Source of the DNA: Solirubrobacteraceae bacterium
GTDB lineage: Bacteria; Actinomycetota; Thermoleophilia; Solirubrobacterales; Solirubrobacteraceae
Direction: 5' to 3'
Assembly: GCA_034664905.1 (NCBI GenBank)
Contig: JAXDGS010000015.1
Span: forward strand, 12,717 to 76,716
DNA length: 64,000 bases
Shown here: positions 47,025-56,467 of the stretch, in pieces
Layout of the letters: the number at the start of each line of letters is the position of its first letter
Position numbering within the stretch: the first letter of the stretch is position 1
Program-made: the position numbers and the translations under genes
The notes under the pieces: model-generated
Database searches by the model: none
What the model saw: only the letters and a program-made list of their open reading frames with translations
Told to the model about the DNA's origin: nothing

Positions 47025-49214
47025 TCAAGCCCGCCGGCGGGCGCACTCCGCGACGTTGAAGAAGGCGAGCTTTGCGCTGGCCAGGATCCCGGCGAAGCTC
47101 GCCTGGCCGTTGACCGTCACCGCGAGCGTCGCGCTGGGACCGCGTGGCGTCGCGCGCGGGGACAACGGCACGCTGACCGCGGTAGTCGTCAGCGCGCGCA
47201 GCGTGCCGCGTTGAACCACACGGCCGCTGCTGACCGTGTACGGCCAGCGGCCGGTGTACCCCGGGGGCGCGATCAACGAGAACGTGGCACACGGTTGGGA
47301 GATGCCGGCGAGGGCGCCGCTGAACACGGTTGCGCTCGTCGCGGCTCCTGAGGTCAGGAACCCTTCGACGGAGGTTCCCGACAGGCTCCACAGCGCGCGC
47401 GCGGGGCGACTCAGGCGCATCAGCTCGAGCGGAAGGTATGCGCTCTGCGCCAGCACCTTGCCTGCGAGCACGATCCGGTTGGTGCCCTGCAGCGGGACGA
47501 CCATGTATTCGGGCGGCCTCGCGGGCGTGGCCGTCGCCGGTCCCGCGAACGCGCTCAGCCGTCCGCTGTCGGGTTCGATCGTCATGTGCACCGGCTGCAC
47601 GCCGAGCGGGAACGGCATCGCGCCGGGAGCTTCGAAGAAGACACCGAGCTCGACAGACGTGTTCCAGTACTGGGTCTCCTCCCATACCGGCGCGTAGAAG
47701 GAGCTTTCGCCAAGTGAGACCGCGAGCGCGCCCACACGCGTCCCGTCGGGCACGTGCTCGTCCACCCAGGAGCGTGCGCTCGCCCCGGGGCCGCTGCCGG
47801 GCCCGTTCACGTACTTCTGGAGCGCATAGCCGGTCTGCACCGAGCAGCACGCGAGGACCCCGATGCCGAGCAGCGTCGCGGCGGGACGCGCGGTGTGCGC
47901 GCGCCGGGCGGCCAGCCACCAGACGAGCGTCACGAGCAGGATCGCTGCCTCGATCAGGCGCGTGGCCGAGAGGTGTACGAGGGGGACGTGCAGACGGCCG
48001 AGGTGCAGCAGCAGCACGCGCTGGTAGAAGATTGCGGCCGGATAGGTGAAGAAGTCGTACAGGTTCGCCAGCGCCGGCCAGCTGGCGCTGTCGAGCAGCA
48101 GGACGACCGCGAGTGCCCCGAGCAGGACGCCGATGCCCGCCCGCTCGCCGAGCCCCGCCGCGAACATGAGCGCGACCGGGGCAGCTGCGTAGAAGAGGTA
48201 GCGTTCGTCGGCGCCCGCTGAGAGCAGCGACAGCAGCATGCATCCGATCCCGAGGGCGCAGACCACCGCCAGCGCATGGCGGCGATCGTCGCGGGGACGC
48301 CACAGCGTGCGCAGGACCCACGGCAGGCCGACCGCCAACGCCAGGAAACCGGTTCCGACGGCCACTCGCGAGAGGTAGTAGCGATAGCGTTCGAGAAGCG
48401 TCTGCAGCGACCCGACGTGCGGGACGCCGTATTCCCCGGTCAGCGTCCCCACGCTGCTTGGGAGGATGCCGACCCTCTCGGCGAGATACAGCGCGATCGC
48501 CGCCGTGGCGAGCACGGTCAGCAGGCGGTGGCGCCCCCACAGCGCCGCGGGCAGCGCACGCAGGCGTGCCAGCGGGCTCGCGCGCGAACGCTCCCGGTCC
48601 CACTCGTGCCAGAGCACGGCGAGTGGCAGGAGCGGCGCCAGCGCGAGCATCGCGGTGCGCGAGAGGATCGCGAGCGCGATCGCGAGCAGCGCGAGCAGGT
48701 CGTGTCGCAGCGACGGCTGCGTCGCGCTGAGCCACACGCCATACAGCGACCATGCGAAGGCGGGGTACGCCGCGCTCTCGCTGAGGAAGGAGCCGCTCAC
48801 GACGGCCCATGGCATGACGATCGCGAGTATCGCGGCGAGGTAGGCGGCGCGGCGGCGCAGCCCGGCGCTGCGAGCCAGCAGGAAGACCGGCACCGCGGCG
48901 CTCGCGAACAGCAGGCACTGGATCACGCGGTCGACCTCGAACGCGCCCGGCCCGCGCATGAACGCGAACGGCCCCGCGAGCAGCAGCGGGTCCAGGCGCT
49001 GAATGCCCCGCACGAAGAATGCGTTGTGCCACAGCGCGCTCGGGAAGTGCGCGGCGACGTAGCGCGCCTGGTGCAGATACAGGCTCTCGTCCTGCTGGAA
49101 GCTCGCGACGCGCAGCGCGTAGGCGGAGTAGACCGCCGCTGCGACCGCGACGATCAGCCCGAGGATCAGCGTGTCGGCTCGCGCCGATCGCTGGGGAGGG
49201 AGGGGCCTCAGCAC
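47025..49214 (-). CDS. GT-C-fold membrane glycosyltransferase with C-terminal extracellular domain
   Basis: FQQDE..Y after TM1, LSE..AYP, ERYLFY; TAATCT -10 lies 7 nt before GTG. Confidence 0.78.
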   Translation of the reverse strand: MLRPLPPQRSARADTLILGLIVAVAAAVYSAYALRVASFQQDESLYLHQARYVAAHFPSALWHNAFFVRGIQRLDPLLLAGPFAFMRGPGAFEVDRVIQCLLFASAAVPVFLLARSAGLRRRAAYLAAILAIVMPWAVVSGSFLSESAAYPAFAWSLYGVWLSATQPSLRHDLLALLAIALAILSRTAMLALAPLLPLAVLWHEWDRERSRASPLARLRALPAALWGRHRLLTVLATAAIALYLAERVGILPSSVGTLTGEYGVPHVGSLQTLLERYRYYLSRVAVGTGFLALAVGLPWVLRTLWRPRDDRRHALAVVCALGIGCMLLSLLSAGADERYLFYAAAPVALMFAAGLGERAGIGVLLGALAVVLLLDSASWPALANLYDFFTYPAAIFYQRVLLLHLGRLHVPLVHLSATRLIEAAILLVTLVWWLAARRAHTARPAATLLGIGVLACCSVQTGYALQKYVNGPGSGPGASARSWVDEHVPDGTRVGALAVSLGESSFYAPVWEETQYWNTSVELGVFFEAPGAMPFPLGVQPVHMTIEPDSGRLSAFAGPATATPARPPEYMVVPLQGTNRIVLAGKVLAQSAYLPLELMRLSRPARALWSLSGTSVEGFLTSGAATSATVFSGALAGISQPCATFSLIAPPGYTGRWPYTVSSGRVVQRGTLRALTTTAVSVPLSPRATPRGPSATLAVTVNGQASFAGILASAKLAFFNVAECARRRA

Positions 49215-49224
49215 GGGCGCCAGA

Positions 49225-50472
49225 TTACCCGTGGTGCTGGGACCGACCCTGAAGCGCGGCTCGCAGCCCGTGCTCGAGCCCGTCGGCGGCGCGCGACCAG
49301 GTGCGCTCGGCCATCAGCGCGATCCCCGCCCTCGAGATCTCCGCTCGTCGCCGCGCGTCGTCCAGTAGCGCCTCGATCGCGCTGCACAGCGCAAGCGGCT
49401 CGGCGTCGGCGAGCTGCAGCGGCCCGGCGCGGCCGAACGTCGCGAGCATCGCCTCGCTCGCCAGCTCGACGCAGGGCAACCCGCTGGCCATCATCTCGAG
49501 CCCGGTGAGGGAGGGATTGGTCAGCGACAGGACCATGCCGACGGTCGCCTGCGCAAACAGCGCGGCAAGCCGTCGATCCTCGAGCACGCCCAGGTCGCGA
49601 TGCTCGAACGCCGCCGTCGAGCGCACGCTTTCGCCGTACAGCGCGATCTGCACCGTCGGCCGGCGCCTGCGGAGCTCCTCCAGGGCGAGCAGCCCGAGCG
49701 GAACCGCGCGCCGCGGGGTCGCCGCTCGTGCATAGAAGACGACCTCCTCCTCGGCTCGCCGCTCATCGCTCGGGCGGTAGACGCGGTGGTCGACGCCGAG
49801 ATCGAAGTGGCTCGCGCTTGCCCCGTAGCGGGCGCGCAGCTCCTCGGCCAGCCAGCGGCTCGCGGCGATGCAGTGCAGGCCCTGGCGGTAGCTCTGCTGC
49901 GCCCACAGCGCTTCCGCAGAGGCGCCGTAGAAGTCCGGCTCGTGATCCTGAACGAGGTAGGCGCGCGCACCTGCGCCCGGGAGAAGCAGCGCGCGTGCGA
50001 CGGTCTGCCAGCCGGTGGCGAGCACTACGTCCGCTCCCTGCCAGTCCTCGAAGCTGCTGTGCAGCGTCAGATCGCCCGCTCCGAAGAACTCGGCGAAGCT
50101 CCGCTGCGTCACGGCCTGCGACTCCGCTGCGTGGCGAGCGTCCGAGTCCTCGAGCCACAGCGATACCGAGTGTCCGCGCGCACGCAGCTCACCCAACAGG
50201 TGAGCGATCGTCGCATGGCCGCCGCTCCCGCGCCGAAACGACGGGATCACGGCGGCGACGCTCAATGGCCCTGTCGGGTTCGCGCGCACCGCAACGAGCG
50301 GGCTCGGACCACGCCGGGCGAGCTCCAGCAGCGCTTGGGGCACGGTCGCTTGAGGTTCCACGCGCCGCTCTGCCGGTGCGCCCGTGAGCCCGCGCAGGCG
50401 CCGCCCAAGCGAGCTGCGGATCCTCACGAGAGCAGCCTGCGCGCGCGCGCGGTCAGCGGACGGAGCGGCCAC
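49225..50472 (-). CDS. WsaF-like rhamnosyltransferase (GT4-related)
   Basis: GSGGHATI, ATGWQT, YLVQDHEPDFY, YAR..TPRR, SLTNPSL..LEMMASG. Confidence 0.85.
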   Translation of the reverse strand: MAAPSADRARAQAALVRIRSSLGRRLRGLTGAPAERRVEPQATVPQALLELARRGPSPLVAVRANPTGPLSVAAVIPSFRRGSGGHATIAHLLGELRARGHSVSLWLEDSDARHAAESQAVTQRSFAEFFGAGDLTLHSSFEDWQGADVVLATGWQTVARALLLPGAGARAYLVQDHEPDFYGASAEALWAQQSYRQGLHCIAASRWLAEELRARYGASASHFDLGVDHRVYRPSDERRAEEEVVFYARAATPRRAVPLGLLALEELRRRRPTVQIALYGESVRSTAAFEHRDLGVLEDRRLAALFAQATVGMVLSLTNPSLTGLEMMASGLPCVELASEAMLATFGRAGPLQLADAEPLALCSAIEALLDDARRRAEISRAGIALMAERTWSRAADGLEHGLRAALQGRSQHHG

Positions 50473-51689
50473 GCGAGCAGTTTCACGAGCCGGTATCGAC
50501 GGATGGCGAGCAGCCGACGCACCGGTGCGCTCGCGCGCACCCGCGCGATGCGACGCTCGAAGCGCATCGCCCTGCGCGCGTAGTCCACGCGCTCGCGCAG
50601 GTGTCCGTGGTAGATCTCAAGACCGCCGCGCAGGTCAGCGAGCAGACGCTCCGCTGCGGGCGCGGCCGCGGGGGCCGGTCCCTGCGCGATCGCGGTCAGC
50701 GCGGCGGCCATGAACTGGCTCGACTGCTCCCATGACGGCCATGCTCGCGCCGTCTCCAGGGCGTTGGTGCGCAGCAGCGCGAGCAGCTCTCGGTCGCGCG
50801 CGAGGAGGTCGAGCTGGCGCGCGGTGCCGCGCAGGTCCTCCCAGTCGGTGAGCAGCCCGTTCCAGCCGTGCTCGACGTACTCCTCATGCCCGGTCACCGG
50901 TGTCACGATGCACGTTGCGCCACGGTGGAAGCCCTCGAGCGGCGGCCCGAACATGCCCTCGACGCTCGAGAGCTTCAGCACGACGTCGCAGCGCTCGTAC
51001 GCAGCAGCCATCTCGCGATGGCTGAGCGGTCCCACCACCTCGTCCGCGGCCACCTCGCCTAGCGCCTTGCGCTCGCCGCATACGACCGTGACGTGGTGCG
51101 GTTCGCGCATCGCGCTCGCCGCGTTGATCGCGTCGTGCACGTGCTTGAACCACGAGCTCGGCGAGCCCTCGATCAGGACCCGCAGCGGATCGGAGACGTT
51201 CACGGGCGCCTGCTCGATTGGTCCGAAGACATTCTTCTCGATGCCGTTGCGCACCACGTAGCACGGCGCATCGGGACGCATGCTCGCAAGCGTGTCGCGG
51301 ATCCATGACGCCTCGGTGATGAACGCGACCGGCAGATCCAGCGTGAGCGCTGCGCCCAGCCGCTCGGCTTCGTCGTGGCGGTAGAAGCGGTCCTCGAGGC
51401 TCTGCACGAAGTACGCGTAGCGCTCCGCGGAGAGCTCGAACAGCGTGAAGGTCGTCTCCCACCAGGTGGCCACGGCGACGTCGTAGCGCTCGGCCAGCGC
51501 CTGCTCGCGCGAGCGCACATGCAGGTGCGGCAGGTGCTCATAGCCATGCCAGCTGGGGCCCTCCGGCTCGCGCACGAGCACGAGCGTGATGTCCCAGCCG
51601 TCGATCGTGCTGAGCTGGCGCGCGTGTTGCACGACCACCCCCACGCCACCTGAGAGCTGCAGGTCGTTGACGAGGAACGCGACCCTCAT
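50424..51689 (-). CDS. GT4 glycosyltransferase (WsaF-related)
   Basis: SGGV, ATWWET, YFVQ, NGI, EGMFGPPLE. Confidence 0.85.
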   Translation of the reverse strand: MRVAFLVNDLQLSGGVGVVVQHARQLSTIDGWDITLVLVREPEGPSWHGYEHLPHLHVRSREQALAERYDVAVATWWETTFTLFELSAERYAYFVQSLEDRFYRHDEAERLGAALTLDLPVAFITEASWIRDTLASMRPDAPCYVVRNGIEKNVFGPIEQAPVNVSDPLRVLIEGSPSSWFKHVHDAINAASAMREPHHVTVVCGERKALGEVAADEVVGPLSHREMAAAYERCDVVLKLSSVEGMFGPPLEGFHRGATCIVTPVTGHEEYVEHGWNGLLTDWEDLRGTARQLDLLARDRELLALLRTNALETARAWPSWEQSSQFMAAALTAIAQGPAPAAAPAAERLLADLRGGLEIYHGHLRERVDYARRAMRFERRIARVRASAPVRRLLAIRRYRLVKLLAWPLRPLTARARRLLS

Positions 51690-52699
51690 GCCGGCGGCTC
51701 CGCTCGATCCGCCGGCGCGGGCGCCGTGCCCTCCTGCGAGGGGCCGTCCGGCTGGCGCGAATCCTCGGCGGGAGCCCCCGACAGTGGCCTGCCGAGTTCG
51801 CGCTCGAGCTCGTGGATGTAGGTCCGCCAGGCGTCGAATTCGGCGGTCTGCTCGCGCAGCTGCTCTCGCTGCTCGGCGATCGTCGCTTCCTGCGCGCGCA
51901 TCGCGGCCGCCTGCTCGGCGACCGTGCCCTGCGCGAGCGCCACGTTGCTCTCCCGCTCGCGCTCCCAGCGCCGCTGCGCGCCCATGTCCGTCTGAACCGC
52001 CACCGCCGCGCGCTCCAGGTCTTGGTGGCGGGCGCCGAAGGCGGCGATGAAGTGCGTTGGCACCGTCGCGCTGCCACCGACCGCGACCGCGAGCTCGTGG
52101 CGCTCGGGCGTCGCCTCCCAGCCGAGCATCGCAGAGCCCGACAGCGCGACCTGGCGCATGAGCGTGTGCTCGGCCGGGAGCAGCTGGCGCAGCTCATCGA
52201 AGGCGCCCTCGCTCCACGAGGTCCGATGGTGCGGGTTGCGGATCGACCAGAAGGCGTCGTTGGGAACGCTCAGCACGAACGTGGCCGCGTGCTCGCGTGC
52301 CAGCTCGGTCGACCATGCGAGCAGCGCAAGGAAGCTGCTCAGGTGCTCGATCACCTCAAAGCAACTCACAACCGGGCCCTCCCCCAGGGCAACCAGCGCC
52401 TCTCCGATCCGCTGCAGATCGGCGGGGTCGGTCAGGTCGGCGGCCAGCATGCCGGCGTCCGGCAGACCCAGCGCCCTCGCCGCCGCTGCGACCGCGTCCT
52501 GCTCGATATCGACGAGCACCGCGTGCGCCGGGCGCTCATCTCCCAGCGCGGCGGCCGCCGCGAGCCCGTTGCCGCAGCCCAGATCCGCCCACGGACCGCC
52601 GGCGAGGATCAGCGGCGCGGCGACGCGGTAGCGCAGCTCGTGCTCTGACCGTATCGCTGGCGCCGTCTCGTGGGTGATTCGCTCTTGCCAGTCGGACAT
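51686..52699 (-). CDS. Methyltransferase with C-terminal coiled coil (WbdD-like architecture)
   Basis: EHELRY, DLGCGNG, CFEVIEH, SVPN, NPHH; heptad tail VAEQAAA-MRAQEAT-IAEQREQ-LREQTAE. Confidence 0.82.
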   Translation of the reverse strand: MSDWQERITHETAPAIRSEHELRYRVAAPLILAGGPWADLGCGNGLAAAAALGDERPAHAVLVDIEQDAVAAAARALGLPDAGMLAADLTDPADLQRIGEALVALGEGPVVSCFEVIEHLSSFLALLAWSTELAREHAATFVLSVPNDAFWSIRNPHHRTSWSEGAFDELRQLLPAEHTLMRQVALSGSAMLGWEATPERHELAVAVGGSATVPTHFIAAFGARHQDLERAAVAVQTDMGAQRRWERERESNVALAQGTVAEQAAAMRAQEATIAEQREQLREQTAEFDAWRTYIHELERELGRPLSGAPAEDSRQPDGPSQEGTAPAPADRAEPPA

Positions 52700-52744
52700 G
52701 CGTGGGGGAACGTCGCCAGGGCCGCCGCTATCGTAGCGGTGCCG

Positions 52745-53671
52745 ATGAGCAGCCAAGCCGCCCGCAGTGCCGCCGCCACGCCCACGCGGCACCTCGGCGA
52801 GCAGCTGCGCGTCGCATTCGTGGGCTCGCCGCCATGGCTCGACGGCTGCGCTCCGAGCACCGCGGCACATGGCATGACCCCGCAGCGCTACGCGGTCGCG
52901 GGGCAAGCGGACAGCGAGCGCACGCTGGCCGCGATCGGCGAGTTCCAGCCGCACGTGACCGTGATCATCGACCCGCTCTCGGCTCCCGTCGAGCTGCTGC
53001 GCGGCGCGCCCGGTGTCACCCTCGGGCTGCTCGTGGGCGGCGCTCGCGAGGCGAAGCGCGCCGAGGGACTGGACGACCTCGACCGGCTGGCCTCCTTCGA
53101 GCCCGAACTGACCGGCACGCTCCTCGGGCGCAGCGAGGTGTGGCGGGCGATCCCGCCGCCGGTCAGCGACGCGCTCTTCAGCGACGTCCGTCCTGCGCGC
53201 CACCCGCCGCGGGCGATGTCGATCGGGCGCTCGAGCTCCCACCGCGAGGCGATGCTGGTGGCGGCCAAGCACCACCACGATCTGCTGCACGTGATACACG
53301 GCGTCAGCGGTGAGCCGCTGCGCGAGCTTCTGTTCGAATGCGACGTCGGCGTGTATGTCGCGCCCGAGCCCGGAGGGGGCTTCGGCCTGCAGGCCGGGAT
53401 GCACCTCGCTGCGGGTCAGCTTCTGCTCGCCGGGGAGCTCGCGCCCGCACACGGCCTCGAGCGCAACATCGACTACCTGCACGTCGACTCGGCCGACGGG
53501 CTCGCGTGGATCCTCGAGCGGCTTGGACGCTTCCCCGACATGCACCGGCGCGTCAGGGTGCGCGGCCGCCTGAAGGCCGAGCAGTACCGAGCCTCGCGCG
53601 TGTTCGGCCGCGTGGCGGAAGATCTGCTGGCCGACGTGCGGGCCTTTGGAAGCGCCCGCGCCGGCGCGTAG
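52745..53671 (+). CDS. Hypothetical protein, possible degenerate GT-B fold
   Basis: Coding-like codon usage; FQPHVTVIIDP, HLAAGQLL, GRLKAE..RASRV; context within the glycan locus. Confidence 0.6.
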   Translation: MSSQAARSAAATPTRHLGEQLRVAFVGSPPWLDGCAPSTAAHGMTPQRYAVAGQADSERTLAAIGEFQPHVTVIIDPLSAPVELLRGAPGVTLGLLVGGAREAKRAEGLDDLDRLASFEPELTGTLLGRSEVWRAIPPPVSDALFSDVRPARHPPRAMSIGRSSSHREAMLVAAKHHHDLLHVIHGVSGEPLRELLFECDVGVYVAPEPGGGFGLQAGMHLAAGQLLLAGELAPAHGLERNIDYLHVDSADGLAWILERLGRFPDMHRRVRVRGRLKAEQYRASRVFGRVAEDLLADVRAFGSARAGA

Positions 53672-54594
53672 TGAGGCGCGCCGGCCACCTCCTCGAGGCT
53701 GCGCTGAATCGTGTGGACTCGTGGCGCCATCGCGGCGAGCGGCGCGACGCGGAGCTACTCGCGGGGACCGGGCCGCAGCGGCTCCTCGGCGCCGATCGAG
53801 TCGCGAGGAGCTTCGAGCGCGAGGCGGTCCTCGGCGCGTTCGGTCACGAGGCCGTCATCGATGGACGCACCTACCCGTACGTGCTGCTACCCGGCAGCGG
53901 CTCGACCCTGTGCATCCATTACTCGGCGTTCTTCGGCGAGTGGGGCGATCGCCGGCAGTACCGCGCGCAGTTCCAGGGTTGGTTTCATCGCCTGAGGATG
54001 TTCTGGCCGTTGGCCGAGCATCACTTCCTGTTCCTGTGCGACACCTTCGGCGCCGACGCGAACGGCACGTATTACAAGGGGGAGAACGGCGACTTCTTCG
54101 TCGAGCGCGCGATCGATGAGATCCAGCGCAGGGTCGCCGAGCAGCTCGGGGTCGACACGTCCCACACCGTTACGCTCGGCTCCTCGATGGGGGCGACGGC
54201 GGCGCTGCGCTTCGCGCTTCGCCACGGCTACGCCGGGGCCGTCGCCGTCAGCCCGCACATCGATCTCGACATCTCGGCCCTGCGCCAGGGGCGCCTGCGC
54301 CACGTCGCCGCGGTGGTCGGGCGCGACGACATCGACGCACCGGAGCTGCGGCCCGTGATGCGCGAGGTCGCCGATCTGGCCGCGAGCGTGCCCACCCTCC
54401 CGAGCCTCGTGATCCAGTCGATGGAAGACGATCGCGGGGTGCACGAGGAGCAGGTGCTCCCGCTCCTCTCCACCTGGCAGAGCAGGGGCGGGCGGGTCAG
54501 GACCGACTTCCGCCCAACGGGTGGCCACACCAGCGATTACGCGACGGTGAGCTTCTTCGAGGATGCGATCTCCTGGTGCCTCGGGCTGGGTTAG
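53671..54594 (+). CDS. Alpha/beta-hydrolase-fold protein (putative glycan acyltransferase/esterase)
   Basis: Nucleophile elbow LGSSMGA, acidic EDD, GGH; TAGTG overlap with the upstream gene. Confidence 0.72.
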   Translation: MRRAGHLLEAALNRVDSWRHRGERRDAELLAGTGPQRLLGADRVARSFEREAVLGAFGHEAVIDGRTYPYVLLPGSGSTLCIHYSAFFGEWGDRRQYRAQFQGWFHRLRMFWPLAEHHFLFLCDTFGADANGTYYKGENGDFFVERAIDEIQRRVAEQLGVDTSHTVTLGSSMGATAALRFALRHGYAGAVAVSPHIDLDISALRQGRLRHVAAVVGRDDIDAPELRPVMREVADLAASVPTLPSLVIQSMEDDRGVHEEQVLPLLSTWQSRGGRVRTDFRPTGGHTSDYATVSFFEDAISWCLGLG

Positions 54595-54622
54595 AATCCC
54601 CTGCGGGCCAGCGACCAGGTCG

Positions 54623-55597
54623 ATGCCCGCCTCCGTAGCCTTGCCCCCACCGACCCTCATCTCGGGCTTTGATCCACGGTTCTTCAGACCGTGCACGTTC
54701 CCGCTTCTGCGCGAGCTCGGCTACGGGACGCGCGTCACGGTCAACAACGGTGTCGCTCCGGAGAGCCCATTCGCGACGCCGATGACGGTCTCGATGACCG
54801 CCTTTGACAACGCGGGCGGGAGGATAGGCTCGACCCCTGAGATCGCGACCCTCGCACCGGGCGAGCTGGTCAAGCTCGACATCGATGCCGAGCTCGCCGC
54901 AGTTCCCGGAGCCCCTGCGGACGGCCCACTGCTGATCATGCTGCATGTCGTTCCCACGAAGTGGGTCGGCGAGAGCAGCGTCGATATACCCGCCGCGGAG
55001 ATGATGGCGCACGTGCGCGCCTCCGATGACTTCATCGAGTACCACCAGCGACCGACGGGAGTCGTGACGGGTGTCGCCTATCAGACCGGCCCACTGAACG
55101 ATGCTCGCCTGTCCTCGACCCGCACGACCGTCTGCCAGGCGCCCAAGGTGATCGTCACCGAGCCCGTGGACACGCTCTTCTCGCTCATGAATCTCTCCAC
55201 GCGCGCGGACTACGCCGAGACCGTCCGCATGGACTTCTGGATTCTCGGCCGCGACGGCGAGCGGTTCGTGCGCTCGGCCGTGGAGGTCCCGCCGTTCTCG
55301 TGTCGCCTGGTCAGCGCCACCGAGGTGCTCGAGCAGGCGGGCATGCTCGAGCGCTATCGCGCGGCCGGGGGTGTCGGCATGTTCCTCGGGCTGTCCAAGA
55401 ACGGCACCCTCGTGCCGATCTCATTGACGCGAAACCGGGCGAGCGGCGCGATCGCGTGCGACCACACGCTTCCGCCCGTCTTCTATCTGAGCACCTGGGG
55501 TGGAGATGCTCGCCTGCGTGCCAACGAACGCCTCGAGCAGGAGTTCTTCGCGGATCTGCCGGCGCCCGCGGGCGCCCCGACGCGGGTGCACGCATGA
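54623..55597 (+). CDS. Hypothetical cytoplasmic protein, tandem beta-sandwich-like repeats (paralog A)
   Basis: High GC3; two internal N...D..G...(L/V)xPx(x)..L units; C-terminal ACDHT. Confidence 0.72.
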   Translation: MPASVALPPPTLISGFDPRFFRPCTFPLLRELGYGTRVTVNNGVAPESPFATPMTVSMTAFDNAGGRIGSTPEIATLAPGELVKLDIDAELAAVPGAPADGPLLIMLHVVPTKWVGESSVDIPAAEMMAHVRASDDFIEYHQRPTGVVTGVAYQTGPLNDARLSSTRTTVCQAPKVIVTEPVDTLFSLMNLSTRADYAETVRMDFWILGRDGERFVRSAVEVPPFSCRLVSATEVLEQAGMLERYRAAGGVGMFLGLSKNGTLVPISLTRNRASGAIACDHTLPPVFYLSTWGGDARLRANERLEQEFFADLPAPAGAPTRVHA

Positions 55598-56460
55598 GCT
55601 TGGTCGCCGACGCGCGAGCTCGCGTCGCCGACGACGTTCGCCGCCGAGCCGCTCGCTCCGGTCGCGCTCCGCGCATGGCCTACACGCACTACTTCATAGA
55701 GTCCGAGGGGCTGCACAGTCGAATCCACCTGCAGAACTTCTATTCGACGTTCTGGCCGCAGGTGCGCGAAGCATCCGTGGCGCATCTGCTCGTCCACGAT
55801 CGTGCGGGACGCGCGCAGGGGAGCGCCACGCGCGAGATCCCGCCGTTCGGATCGCTGTTCCTCGAGATCTCGGAGCTGCTCGCCGAGATCGGCTCGTCCG
55901 CCGCCGAGGGGACCGTGGCGATCGACCTCGAGCCGCCGGCCGGCGTCCGTGCCCAGTTTCACGAGCTTCCAAGCGCGGAGGAGGCGGAGATAAAGACGCC
56001 GTTCTGGATGGCCTACTACGACGACACCGAGAACTACATGTACGTCCATTCGATCGATACGCTCGCCGGCGAGGTCTTCGGCGCCTCGCGCCTGTTGCGC
56101 TGGTCGATGACGCGCTCGGTGGCGCAGGGAGATCGCTGGCACAGCTGGCGGCTCTTGGACGCCGAGCTGCTCTCGGACCTGCAGGTGATCTGCATCAACC
56201 ACAGCCCCGAGCCGCGCTCGACGGTGGTGGGCGTGTACTCCGCCGATACCTCGAGGACCCTCTATGAGCGACCGGTCAGCCTCGGACCGCGAGCGCTCGA
56301 GCGCGTGCGCGTGCCCCCCGAGGAGCTCGGCTCATGGTCCACGCGCTACCCCGAGATCCGCCATGTTCGGATCGGCCTCGAGCCGCTGCTCACCGGCAAC
56401 GGCAAGCCCTACGTGATCATGCGCTACGCGGACGGTCCTCCGAGCCTGCATCACGGCTGA
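55594..56460 (+). CDS. Hypothetical cytoplasmic protein, tandem beta-sandwich-like repeats (paralog B)
   Basis: ATGA overlap with paralog A; similar units ending YVHS and LHHG. Confidence 0.72.
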   Translation: MSLVADARARVADDVRRRAARSGRAPRMAYTHYFIESEGLHSRIHLQNFYSTFWPQVREASVAHLLVHDRAGRAQGSATREIPPFGSLFLEISELLAEIGSSAAEGTVAIDLEPPAGVRAQFHELPSAEEAEIKTPFWMAYYDDTENYMYVHSIDTLAGEVFGASRLLRWSMTRSVAQGDRWHSWRLLDAELLSDLQVICINHSPEPRSTVVGVYSADTSRTLYERPVSLGPRALERVRVPPEELGSWSTRYPEIRHVRIGLEPLLTGNGKPYVIMRYADGPPSLHHG

Positions 56461-56467
56461 GGGGCCG

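Noticed and set aside
51686-53545. 619-aa version of the coiled-coil methyltransferase
   Set aside because: The extension is antisense to the divergent gene at 52745-53671; methyltransferase motifs begin after ATG 52699.
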